Source: the human T2T-CHM13v2.0 reference genome, Homo sapiens. Taken from it: 64,000 nt of DNA. This document shows, piece after piece, positions 12,267 to 23,913 of this stretch. The position numbers and the translations under genes are program-made. The number at the start of each line of letters is the position of its first letter. The stretch's first letter is position 1. The notes under the pieces are model-generated. The model was not told the DNA's origin, searched no databases, and was given only the letters and a program-made list of their open reading frames with translations. The DNA lies in assembly GCF_009914755.1 (NCBI RefSeq), contig NC_060926.1; one strand, 5' to 3'.

Positions 12267-12459
12267 TTCCAAAGGCTGGCAACCCAAATACATACAATCA
12301 AGCAACCCAAGAGCGGAGTTACATTTTAAAAACTCAGTAGGATAAATATAGAAAATATAGACAATTTTATTCTATTTTTCAAGGAGGTGCCTATAAACCA
12401 AGCCAGAGCCAGTCAAAAGGAAACCCTGGGTGGTTGAGAAGCTTTGCTATAAAAGTCAC

Positions 12460-12494
12460 CTGAGGTGCAGCTAAACTTCCTCCTGTCACTGCTC
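12460..12494 (-). other. Candidate 35-nt exon
   Basis: Minus strand: ctctttcctcttgcctcttaaatagcttttgtttcag|GAGCAG...CACCTCAG|gtgact; strong acceptor, moderate donor. Confidence 0.3.
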
Positions 12495-13246
12495 CTGAAA
12501 CAAAAGCTATTTAAGAGGCAAGAGGAAAGAGTGCCTTTTAAAACAAGTGGAAGAAGAAATTGATTCCAAAGAGGCCAATTCTCTATTAAACAATGCTTGG
12601 CCTGTTTGGTAAAGTGTCACTAGTCCCATTTAGATCATTTATTTTTTTTTAAGAGAAAAAATGTGATTCACAATGACAACTATTTCCATTTTGAGGGTTT
12701 TTCCTTTTATTCAAGAAATTAAAAAATATAAACAAAAGCTTTGTAATTACTATCGAGATATTTTTGTGTATGGGCATGGTATATGCTTTTTATTTCCATC
12801 TTAGCATTTCAGCAGTGGAGCAGATGTTTTGTTTTTTTCTAGAAATGCTGTCTGGCTAATGTCATTAACTCCAGGAGAAGAGAGAGGGGGAGTGAGAGTG
12901 AGAAAGGGGCGTGTGGGACTCTGTCTGTGGTACCTCAGGCCCGGTGGGGACACAGAAAGGAGAGACACTTCAAGAACGGGTGCCACCTCCTGCTGCCCCA
13001 GGGCACCATGCGTCCCTCTAGTAAAGAGAAGCTGGTGGATGGTCTCGGCCTGGAGACACCATACAGTGCACTGCGTCAGGAGTAAGCCTTGCCTCTTTGT
13101 GGGCAGGTCATCACCAGGCCTCACCGGTGTGTGCAGGGCTGGCCAGCACCCCAGAGCCTCCTCATAGCAATGCCCCTGGTGCACAGAAAACAAATGATGC
13201 TCACTTTAGTCCCAGGGCAGTGCCAACAGCAGCTGGGCCAACACCC

Positions 13247-13366
13247 CCTTCCCAGGTTTCTCTGCAGGAAGCTGGAGGACCTTTCGGGGCCAATTGGAAC
13301 CACCTGCCTTCCCAGGTTTCTCTGCAGGAAGCCAGAGGACCCTTCAGGGCAAACTGGAACCACCTG
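13247..13366. repeat. Tandem duplication, 2 x 60 bp
   Basis: ccttcccaggtttctctgcaggaag...ggaaccacctg occurs twice with 6 mismatches. Confidence 0.95.
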
Positions 13367-15107
13367 CAATGTCCCTGCTTCAAGGGAGGGCCAGCAACAA
13401 CACAAGTATCAGGGGACCTCCCGCCTTTGCGACATAGAATGCACACAACCCTCACCCGTGGCGCCGCTCTGAGTCTCTGCTTCCAAGGCTTCTCAGTGAA
13501 GTCGTGACCCTCGGAGGTTTTGAAAATGATTTCTGATTTGAGTCATTTCTCCCTGCTCAGCTCAAGTAGGAAGCATCATGAAATTGCATTTGAACATTCC
13601 TAACCACAGGATGGCATGACAGGGGACCGTGTGTGGGGTGGATGGGACACCTGCACAGGGGCGTAAGCCAGGCCCATCCCAGGCCCACCAGGAGGAGGCC
13701 CTGGGGTTAGTGCTTTGAAACCTGGCAGAAACCTGCTCTCTACTACCAGTACACAAGATTCCCACCAAATACATGCTTTTCTGCAGACAGATCATGGCGT
13801 TCATACTTATTTCATACATAAAACCCCCAGAGACAGATTTTAAGATTCCTACCATTCAAATGCTTCATGCCTGTCTCCACTCTCCCCTTGGCCGTGCCAA
13901 CAGTTGCATGTGCCACTCAGGATGCTCAAAGGCATTCACTCCAGAAGGTTCCAGGGACTGCTCAAGGAAGAACAAATGTGTCCTTTCTACAGCATGAAGC
14001 ATTGCCCTCCTCCTTCTGCCCTCCCAGGGAGGGAGGACAGCCAGGAAAATAAAGGGAATGTCTTTGGGAGCCGTCTGAGGAAAGAAACAGGAGCCCCAAA
14101 TTTTGGTAAAGCAAAACCACTCTGCTCTCTCCCTCTCTCCCACAAAAGGGGATATTGAGGATGCCTGAGCCCTTCATTCTTACTCACATCTGCTTCATTC
14201 TCTGCGTCCACGCCACTTAAAGTTACACAACGAGGACCTGAGAAGAAAGCTGGCTTCACAGCTGGGGTTAATTCTAGAAGGAAACTAGGAGAAGCAAACA
14301 TCCACAAAATACCCTTAACTTGCTCAGCCCCTGGTGCCCTAACAAAGCTATGCTGTGAGGACCAGTTTGTTCTCTGATTAAGCCTGGCTTTTATGAAGCC
14401 TGGCTTTTATTTTTGGGCTGAAATAAACACAGAAACACTTGATTTGCAAACCACTGACACAAACACATTTCCCAGGAGCCTCAGTTGTTGGCCTCTGAGG
14501 CCCATATACGTGGAAGATTCTGGGAGGATTTGGATCTGATACTCAGGATCATATCCCTTCTGAAGAGACATGCTAGAAGTACAAAAACTTAAACAGTGAA
14601 AACTTATGTGATAAGAGATGCAATGAGAGACCATTCGATGAAGCTTAAAGTCTGAACAGTCTTCTGGTGTGGATCTGTCAGGGAAATATTCCAGCAGGAG
14701 GAATGTTTTAGTTTAACACATGGCTTTACAATAATAATCTACCAGATGCCATGAAGAAGCAGGCCACAACAGCACAAACTTTTATACATTTTCATTCAAA
14801 GTGAACTTTTCTCTAAAAAACATAAATACGTAATGTGATAAATAATACCTTGAAAAATAGATACCTTAGATTCTGTTATCCATAGTCACACACCTGAGTT
14901 CTGGGAGGAGTAAAATAAGATAATCTGTATTCAGGGGAACATGAGCTTCCACAAGTCCCTGTGCCACCAGCAGCTTCCTGGTCCCAATGTCAAGAAGCAC
15001 AAGACACGGCATGTTCTCGTGGGAGGTGGCACCCTCACTGAAGTTAGCCAGAGCTGCCACACGTCCCGCAGTGCTCAGGAACAGTCCTCTCACTCTCTCC
15101 ACGGTAA

Positions 15108-15426
<319 letters not shown>

Positions 15427-17264
15427 AACTCTGTGTTTATTAAACAGGGGCATGACTTGTTCATGAAACCAAAAGGCTTGGGTTCCTCTCCAGGGACTTG
15501 GCACTAAGAATTTCTCTAAGGGGGAGCACCCATCAATATGTGGAGATCCTGGCTCTACCTGACAGCAGCCTGTGCCATGATCTCCTCCTGGTGCCTAGCG
15601 GCCCATGTGAGCCGCCAGCAGGGACCCATGTCAGAGGTCACTGGAGAGCCCCATGGATGCCTGCGGGCTGGCAAGCCAGGAATCCAGTTCGAACTGGTGT
15701 GGGCAGGAGGCCATGCTTGTGATTTGGAAGCCTGAGTGTGCACCAGTTAGTTTGGGACGGTGATGTGTGAGGCAAGGGTGGGAGTTGGGGTTCTTGCTTG
15801 GAAAGGGAAATTTGCTCCTTCACTCAAGATACGCAACTAGAGGTTGCTGACATTCTTACAGCCTTTCTCAGTGCTTACTAAGTACGATACACTCCTGGAT
15901 GTCTTTCTAGTGCAATCACAAGTATTCAGGACATTGCAAACCTCAAGCACCCGAACTGTTAATCACATGTTTTTCTTCAGCTCTGCTTAGTGCTGACTGA
16001 TCCATCCTTAAAAATGACAGTGAGAGACTCTTACTCACAAAGGAGAGGAGAGTTTTATCCAAAATGATTGTTTGAAACATCCAGTCCCATTACAAACTTT
16101 TTCCATGTCATCATAATCTTTCACTTGTCAATCCCCAAATCTTACTTTGGCACTAGATCATCTTCCGGCAGCCTACTGATGTATTGTGTCCTTTTAATTA
16201 ACTTTAAAGCAAAGGGAAAAAAAATCAATACCGTTTGGTATATCAATGGCTTAGAAGTCATTCCCAAGCTGTTTAACCTGGCCTCAAGTTCGCTTATTAT
16301 TATGAAACACTAGGATGGAGCAGTAAGGCTTTATATCAGGAAAAAACACAAAACAAGATTCCATAAACACATAAACTCAAAATTCTCCTGTGAAAATGTG
16401 TCTTCTTTGTGCCTAATGATGACTTATAAGTTACTGGAAGTAAAACTGATGTGTTCTAACCTAAAGACATTCAAATAAATATATGTTTATGAAAACACAT
16501 ATAATTGGATACATGTGAGTAGAGGCATTTGACTTCTGATTGCCTCTGGAGTTCCTTTTACTTACTATGGAGAAGATCGCATGCTCATGTAACCTAAATA
16601 ACTTTAATATCTTTGTTTCATAGAAAACAGTGGAAGCAAAGCAGTATATTGTTTCTAATACTCAGCTTTCAGGCTTGTATAATCAGTTTTAGGTGATTCA
16701 CAATTGTTCACAAACTGATCCTATCAAAGTCCAACAAACTGTGAACATGGCGAGAATCTCTCTCTTTACATCTCATTAGTGTGAGGCACAAATTTCTTGA
16801 GGTAATTTACATAGTCACATTCTCCCAGCTTGAACAATACTCCATAAATGAAGCACAGTTTTCCCAATGATAATAGTAACACTGAAGTATCGTTTTTCTC
16901 AGCAAGGTGATGCTTTAAAAGAACTTTGTCCCATGCGCATTTTGAGTTGTCTAACCTCTGGTGGTGTGGGAGGAGAGGGGAAGTGGACGTTCTCAAATCC
17001 ACGCGATGATTCTTAGCGGATTCATAGAGTTGGCTGTGCAAGCTTTCTTTGATTCACACACTCACAGAGCCGCCTGGAGCTGGGCATCTCTCTTCACATC
17101 TTAGTGGACATCAGAGCAGAGATCAAGAAGGCTGTGTGCTCATCTTCTACTCTACCAGGAAAACTAAGTCCTGATTTTTGCTGTGCCATAAAACGCCCAC
17201 TCTCCTGCAGGAGCTACTGGTCACAGCAAGCACTCTTGGCTGTGGCCCATTCTCTGTTCCAATC

Positions 17265-17440
17265 CTCAGTAGACAACATGGAAGCCTACATTTACATGAA
17301 TCCAGCGAGTGTTCTGTAAACCCAGACCTTTTGCTCTGTGCCAGCCTTGCACTCAGCAGACAACATGGAAGCCTACGTTCACATTAATCCAAAGAGTGTT
17401 CTGTAAACCCAGACCTTTCGCTCCGTGCCAGCCTTGCACT
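17265..17440. repeat. Tandem duplication, 2 x 87 bp
   Basis: ctcag(t/c)agacaacatggaagcctac...gtgccagccttgca starts at 17265 and again at 17352. Confidence 0.95.
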
Positions 17441-17822
17441 TTTCTCTTCGCCCTTGTGCAGCTCAGTGTTTCACCCTCCCCTACCTTCTCTCTTTTCTTT
17501 GTTTCCAAGACTCTCCCTGCCTCTGTCTCTGTCTTTTTTCCTCTCTCTGTGTTTCATTTCCTCTCTATATAAGAAAACTTTATTTGAAACAGACATGGTG
17601 AAAACTCTCTTTGCTCTCCTATATACCTTAGTTCACATACGTAGGTAGACACATTCATTTTTTCATCACTTTATTAGAAAGCATTCAACTCACCTTTTTC
17701 AGCCTTATTATGTGTCAGGCACTGCCCTCAGCATTTCGTTATAAGAGAAAATAAAACAAAAATGGAAGGATTGGTCAATATAGCCATTCTAAAAGTTTTC
17801 TTTAATTAAAAATTTAAATATG

Positions 17823-18124
17823 GGCCTGGCACAATGGCTCATGCTTGTAGTCTTAGCACTTGGGAGGCTGAGGCAGTAGGATCACTTGAGGCCAGGAGTT
17901 CGAGACCAGCCTGGGCATTATAGTGAGACCCCATCTCTACTAAAAAATTTAAAAAGTTAGCCAGGCATGATGGCACCTGCCTGTAGTCCCAGCTACTCAG
18001 GAGGCTGAGGCTAATTGCTTGAGCCCAGGAGATCAGGGCTGCAGTGAGCTACGTTTGCATCACTGCATTCCAGCCTGAGCAACAGAGACCCTGTCTGTCT
18101 AAAAAAAAAAAAAAAAAAAAGAAG
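17823..18124 (+). mobile_element. Alu, AluJ-like
   Basis: ggatcacttgaggccaggagttcgagaccagcctgggc...gcttgagcccaggag (J diagnostics), A tail and a degenerate TSD aaaattta(a/c)atatg. Confidence 0.93.
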
Positions 18125-19379
18125 AAAATTTACATATGGTCATATCATAGAGATTCACTACTGGGCCCAAATATTAAGTTCATGTGAATTTGATCAAACC
18201 TAAAATTTTAGCTGTATATTATGTGTCAGGCACTAAGTTAGAGTTTGTTGATACAACTATAAAGAAAGCATGATTCAACCTCTATAAAGGAGGGCAGGCT
18301 CATCAATGGCCCTCTTTCTATTCCAAAATTGATATCCACAATGGGCTAATATTGCCATGATCAATTACCTTTAAAATACATTAAAATAAGTCCACTTCAC
18401 CACTGGTGCAGAAAATGCACACACAGAGAATAAAATAAACTGATATCCATTATCCATCCATTATTTCCTCAAATGTGAAACATGGCAGAATATTGAAATA
18501 GAAATTCATTCTGCAAACAGGTGCTCAACTTCTGGACTAAAATTTTAGTAGATAGATGAGTAATTACCTAACTTATTAGTCAGTGAATGCTGTCTAAATA
18601 TTCAGAAATTTTTGGACCAATCGATTTAAAAATGCACAGAAGTGATCGTATGATTTTGGTTTGTTCTTTTATGTGAGTTTGTTCATCTATATAAGGTGAG
18701 CTTTGAAAATGTGGGGCCACTTTTCCTTTGAAATGGTGAGGAGGAGGGGTTGCTATACTTCTATTTTTGCCAGATCTCAAGAAAAACTTGACTGAGATGT
18801 CAAATTGCAATGACTATGCCTGCCACTAAATATGCTGATATATGCACATTCCTGTGGCGGATGTCTGCTTACAATGAACAATGAGTTCTTTCCGTCCCTA
18901 GAAAGATAGACAGCTTTGTGCGCTCAAATGGCTGGGATCGAACAAAAAGTGGAAACCTGATCAAATTCTTGTAACTCTTAGAGAATTTAAATGGGCTCTT
19001 TTGTCTCATTTAAAACTTTGCTGAAACCCAAATTATTAATTAGATTGTAGACGTGGTAATGTGCAGTAATGGTTTGATGCGTGAACAAAGTCCTTGAGAG
19101 GGGCCAGTTGACTGTGGTAAGGAGTAGTATTTTTGTTATAATGAAGAAGCCAAGGCACTTTTGGCTTTTAGTACTATTTGTGAATGATGTTTGATCATAA
19201 TCAACATTGAGTCCCTTTTGCATAAATACATGTATTTATTTTTAGTCATTCAATAAATTATTCAACTTACATTTACTCATCATCTACTATTTGCCAGGGA
19301 GTAGTCAATCAGGCTCCATTTTTAATTCTAGGTTAAAAATGGGAAAAAAAACAACAAGAATAATAGTAGTCATCATAGT

Positions 19380-19585
19380 AATAGTTTGCAGATACTCTTT
19401 ATGTTTCACAAACATTATCTTCTTGTATCCTGGCGATCACCTTCATCAACATAATGTTCAGCATCACAGGTGGAGATGCAATGTCCAGTATCAAAAGACT
19501 TGTTGAAAAAGCGGATCGCTCAACTTTGAGTGGCCGTGGTTCCACGGCATGCTCGGCTTGGCGGGCCGAGCCCTGTAACTCTTGT
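19380..19585 (-). mobile_element. Highly diverged MIR-like relic, unusually CpG-rich
   Basis: The order of motifs cattatct...atcctg...tcacaggtggagatgc...aagacttg...gagtggccgtggt...gagccctgtaactctt parallels antisense MIR. Confidence 0.4.
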
Positions 19586-20930
19586 CTTCCGCGGGGGCAC
19601 CTTTACTTCTTACTGAGGTCATGCCCTCTTCTTCCTTTATACCCCAAGGGCACCCAGCACCATTATCAGTACAGACCAGGAGTCAGCCAGTTCCTACCAA
19701 CTGATGCTTATTTTCCAAACATATACAAAGACAATGTAGTCAAAACATCTTAAAATCACATGTCACTGTTACAGAGTCTCCCTGCTCTCTTAATCAGGCT
19801 TGGGTCAGGATGAGGGATCTAGTCATTAGGGCTGAGATTTATTTTAGCCACAGGAGTGCACTTAGGCAGCGTACGGACTGTGTTCAGGCAGTTCTCAGCA
19901 GGCCCCACTGGATAGAGCACACATCTTAGAGGACACCGTGTTAAGAACAATTCATTTACCCACAGAAACCAAGAGGAGACGTTTAACACCAAACAAACCA
20001 AGGGCCGGGAGGAGGGAAGCAGCTTGTCTGAAAATGACCACAGTTCATAGTTGTGTTATAATAGAAACCATTGCCAAGGATAGCCACCTTCCTTCTCAGA
20101 GGACAACGTATGTAACGCGACATTCAAGGAAGAATCTTCCCCGACTTCTGCTGCACACATTGAAAAACATCGAGCAACACGTCACATCGAAGTGTCCTGA
20201 CTTAACCACAGTTGTCCCAGCTGCGGGTAGTTGTCAGCAATCCCAAGATTTCTGTTTTGTATTTCTCATTAGAAGTGTCTCTTGAAGACCCCTTTATTCC
20301 AGAACAAATATTTGAATAAGGATTATGTGGAAACAAGAAACAAAAAAGACACTGAAAAATAAAGTGAGACGCTATAGCTGTACAGGATTTAACAAAATAT
20401 TAACAAATTCACTATTTAAATTCCAAATCCGTCTAAAAATTAAACAAGTATCTACAGATCACCAGAAAAATCCATATGGTGGAACGTAACACACTGAACT
20501 CATAATACACATTCTCCAGGGGATACAGTCTGGTGTTGGGTAAAGTAATAAATTCATTAGCGAGTAGCCTGAAAAGTTATGTAACTATGGTAGGTAAGTG
20601 AGTGGTGTAGATAAGGCTAGCTATTGGGATAAGAAGAGGCAGACCTCTGAAGGATAGGCAGGGCTTAGCAGGGGAAGAGTAACATCAGTTGTACTCTGAA
20701 GTGAGGACGATGACTTAAACCTCTCTCTATAGTCCACACCAAGTGTCTTGTCTGTGCTAATGATCCTCATCATCCTCTTCATTTTTATTTAATAATGAGC
20801 ACTAGGTAACTTTTCTTTTCTTCCTTAATCTTTTAATGCTTTTTAGCTTGCTTGTGGTGAAGTTTCAGGGAGCAGGTTGCTGCTCTGTCTGTATCACTGG
20901 AAGTCTAGCAGCCTTGGAAATATGTATTCT

Positions 20931-21049
20931 GCAACTCAAGCCCAGTCATAGGCAACACACAAATGAATGGCCATGGCTGCTTCAGAAAAACTTTACAAAA
21001 ACAGCAAGTTGTCTGGATTTGGCATACAGACCATAGTTTGCCAACCCTG
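20931..21049. mobile_element. MER58-like hAT fragment
   Basis: aaatgaatggccatggctg...aaaaactttacaaaaacagc...ggatttggc...ccatagtttgccaaccctg. Confidence 0.75.
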
Positions 21050-21154
21050 GAAAATGCATCTCACTAAAATATTTATATGGGTACCCTCTAGTGTACTTTC
21101 TAGATACTGAAAGAGCAGGCATGGCATTAGGAAGAAACGATCACTAAGAATGAA

Positions 21155-21365
21155 CTGTCTTGTGGGTGCCACTAGCCACATGGGCTCTTGAGCCCTGGAA
21201 TGTGGCCAGTTTGAGTTGAGATGTACTTTCAGTGTACAATACATACTTAGATTTGAAGTTTGCATAGAAGTATAAGATATCTCATTAAAATTATCCTGTA
21301 CTGTTTATATATTAAAATGATTATTATTTACTATATTGGGCTAAATAAAACATTTTTTAAGTTTA
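21155..21365 (-). mobile_element. MER33-like fragment
   Basis: gccactagccacatgggctcttgagccctggaatgtggccagtttgagttgagatgtac...atatctcattaa. Confidence 0.75.
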
Positions 21366-21843
21366 TTTTTTTGATACTGGGAATTTGGACTTGCTTTGGA
21401 GATAAGGTAAAATTGATTATGAAGGAGGCACACTTACATCACAAATCTCTGCAAAGCCTATATAACTCACCACAATTGAAGAAAAGCCCAGGCATTTAAT
21501 GTAAAGGATACTACAAATTCCAGTTAAAAACTTCAGGCAGTGTATGCAAAGAACATTTCACAGTGGAATATATTGGACCAAGGTGATTATATTCATTCCT
21601 ACAGTTGATGGCTGAAATGTGTGCCCTGAACCAACACTTGGTTTAAAATACACAGAAATGAAGTGCAACATCTAAATATCTCTTTTCCCTAAAAAAGTTA
21701 ACTTGTATTAAATACTAAAGTAACTTTTAGTTTTAAAAATTATCATTAAACAGGGAGGATTCCTTATTACCTTAGAAGCAGGCACTTCACTGAGACTGCC
21801 CTGCTACTAAGATCACTGTTGTAGAAAGAACTAGCAAAAATCT

Positions 21844-22208
21844 TGTGTTAGTCCATTCTCACACTGCTATAAAGAACTACCTGAGACTGGGAAATTTATA
21901 AAGAAAAGAGGTTTAATTGAACCACAGCTCCACAGGCTGTACAGGATACATGACTGGGGAGGACTCAAGAAACTTACTATCATGGTGGAAGAGTGAAGGG
22001 GAAGCAGGTGCATCTTCACGTGGTGGAAGGGGAGAAAGAGTGAAGTGGGAAGTGTGGCCCACTTTCAAACAACCAGATCTCATGAGAACTCACTTACAAT
22101 AACAGCAAGGGAGAAACTGCCCCCATGATCCAATCACCTCCCTCTCCAACACTGATGATTCCAGTTCAACATGAGAGTTGGGTGGGGACACAGAGCCAAA
22201 CCGTATTA
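21844..22208 (-). mobile_element. MaLR solo LTR, MST family
   Basis: tgtgttagtccattctcacactgctataaagaactacctgagactggg...ccagatctcatgagaactcac...ggggacacagagccaaaccgtat. Confidence 0.9.
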
Positions 22209-23039
22209 CATACCAAATGGCTGCCTATTTCTGGACAATGGCATCTTCGGGAGCCAGTGTTCATCTGTCCCACTTAATGTCAATGACCCCTTCATTTTAA
22301 AATCTGAATGGTGACATTTCTGATCCTGGAACAGGAGCAAGGTCAAAGGCTTCTTTCTTTGCCATGAACCCGAGTGTGAAGACTCCTGGAATTTTGTGCC
22401 CAGACTCTTTTCCTCATCCCAGGTTTTGCCCTGGTGGGACAAAGTATTGAGAAAAAGGAAGACTTCCTCTCCAGTATTTCAATTCAACTTCCACTCTCAT
22501 CATTAACATTGATTGCTGTGAATAAGCTGCAGGAGTTTGTGTTTTCAAGGGTCCTTCTCAGTTGCTTGAACTCAAGAGGCAGATGCACAACTATTGTTTT
22601 TTAAGTGGTATCAAATGGTCCAAAGGAAATAGAATGAGACAGAACATACATAAGTAGGTAAAGTAAAATGCTGTGTGTAGAATCCCAAGGTTTTCAAATA
22701 GGAGTCTGGACGTCTGGCTCCTGGAATCTTTATTCCACATCATTGTCACAGTAAGTCTCCCAGAAACGCAGCAAAACAGCTGGTCACATGCACTCATGTG
22801 TCCTAAGGGCCTTGGGAATATCTTTCCATGCAATGCAACATGCCTATTTCCAAATATCGAGGTACCCTACATAACACAGATCAAAGAGAGGTGATCACCA
22901 GTTTCAGAAGAGGTAACCTCACTGTGAATCAGAATGCCTGGAAAACCCAGGACAGAAGGTCCCTCAAATGATGGTGCTCTGGTCACAGCAACAGCACTAA
23001 AGAGAGTTCCACATTCAGTCCTGACCCTATTCTCTCTTC

Positions 23040-23770
23040 ACACCAACAGAGATTTACTGAGAACCAACTATGTCCAACATTTCTGATAGGAATATACATC
23101 TATGAAGAACAGTGTTTCATAGCCTCATAGGGTAGGTTACACCATTATATAAATAGCTATCAATGCAAGGTAGACAATGATAAGGATCATAAAAATACAC
23201 CTTGCTAAAGTTCAAAAGAAAAGGGCTAGAATTCATCTGGAAGGAACAGAGAGGGCTATGTGGAAAAGTGGCATTTTAACCAGACTTTGAAGAGTGAATA
23301 GGGTGTGTTTGCATAGACACCAGAGAAAGACATTGCAGAAGTAACAGTGTGAGTCATCGAAGCACAGACAATGAATAGTGTTTGGCCCAGTCCTCACGGC
23401 AATATTTGAAATAGATGAGCATAATGCAGGGATAGAAAGCATGCTTGAGAATGGGCGGGGAATTACCTCAAAGAGTGGGGTAAGGTGTTGGGTTTATTTC
23501 TGTATGAAATAGAAAGACTCTGGTATTGTTTGAGCAGAAAAACGCCAAAGCTGTACTTTGCAATAATTGATCTGAAAACAGAATATAGAATTCATTTATA
23601 AGAGTGTGGGTGATAGTGGGGGTGTGTGGCGTCATGGCTACTATTAAAAGTCCAGAATGAAGATAATGACAGGCTACTCTAAAGTAATGATGGAAGAAAT
23701 GGCAGGGATAAAACATTTGGGAGGACAATTTTAGAGATAGAATTGGCAGGAAGTAGCCACTGATTGGCTG
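23040..23770 (-). mobile_element. L2 relic
   Basis: atttactgagaaccaactatgtcc...ccagactttgaagagtgaatagg...tttgagcagaaaaa...gccactgattgg, antisense L2-type motifs in order. Confidence 0.55.
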
Positions 23771-23913
23771 CCAGACTAATTATCCCAAAGAAGAGCTCTG
23801 ACCTTGCCATTCAACTATACAAAAACCTTCAGTAATTTCACATTATTGAGAGAACAAAGTCATAAACTTATCGCATAGAGACTATTGTAAGTATGACACT
23901 CGTGATCTCCAGG

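Noticed and set aside
11467-12305. ORFs of 191-276 aa on both strands
   Set aside because: They are translations of the GA/GACA repeat ([14 protein letters not shown]), with no coding evidence.
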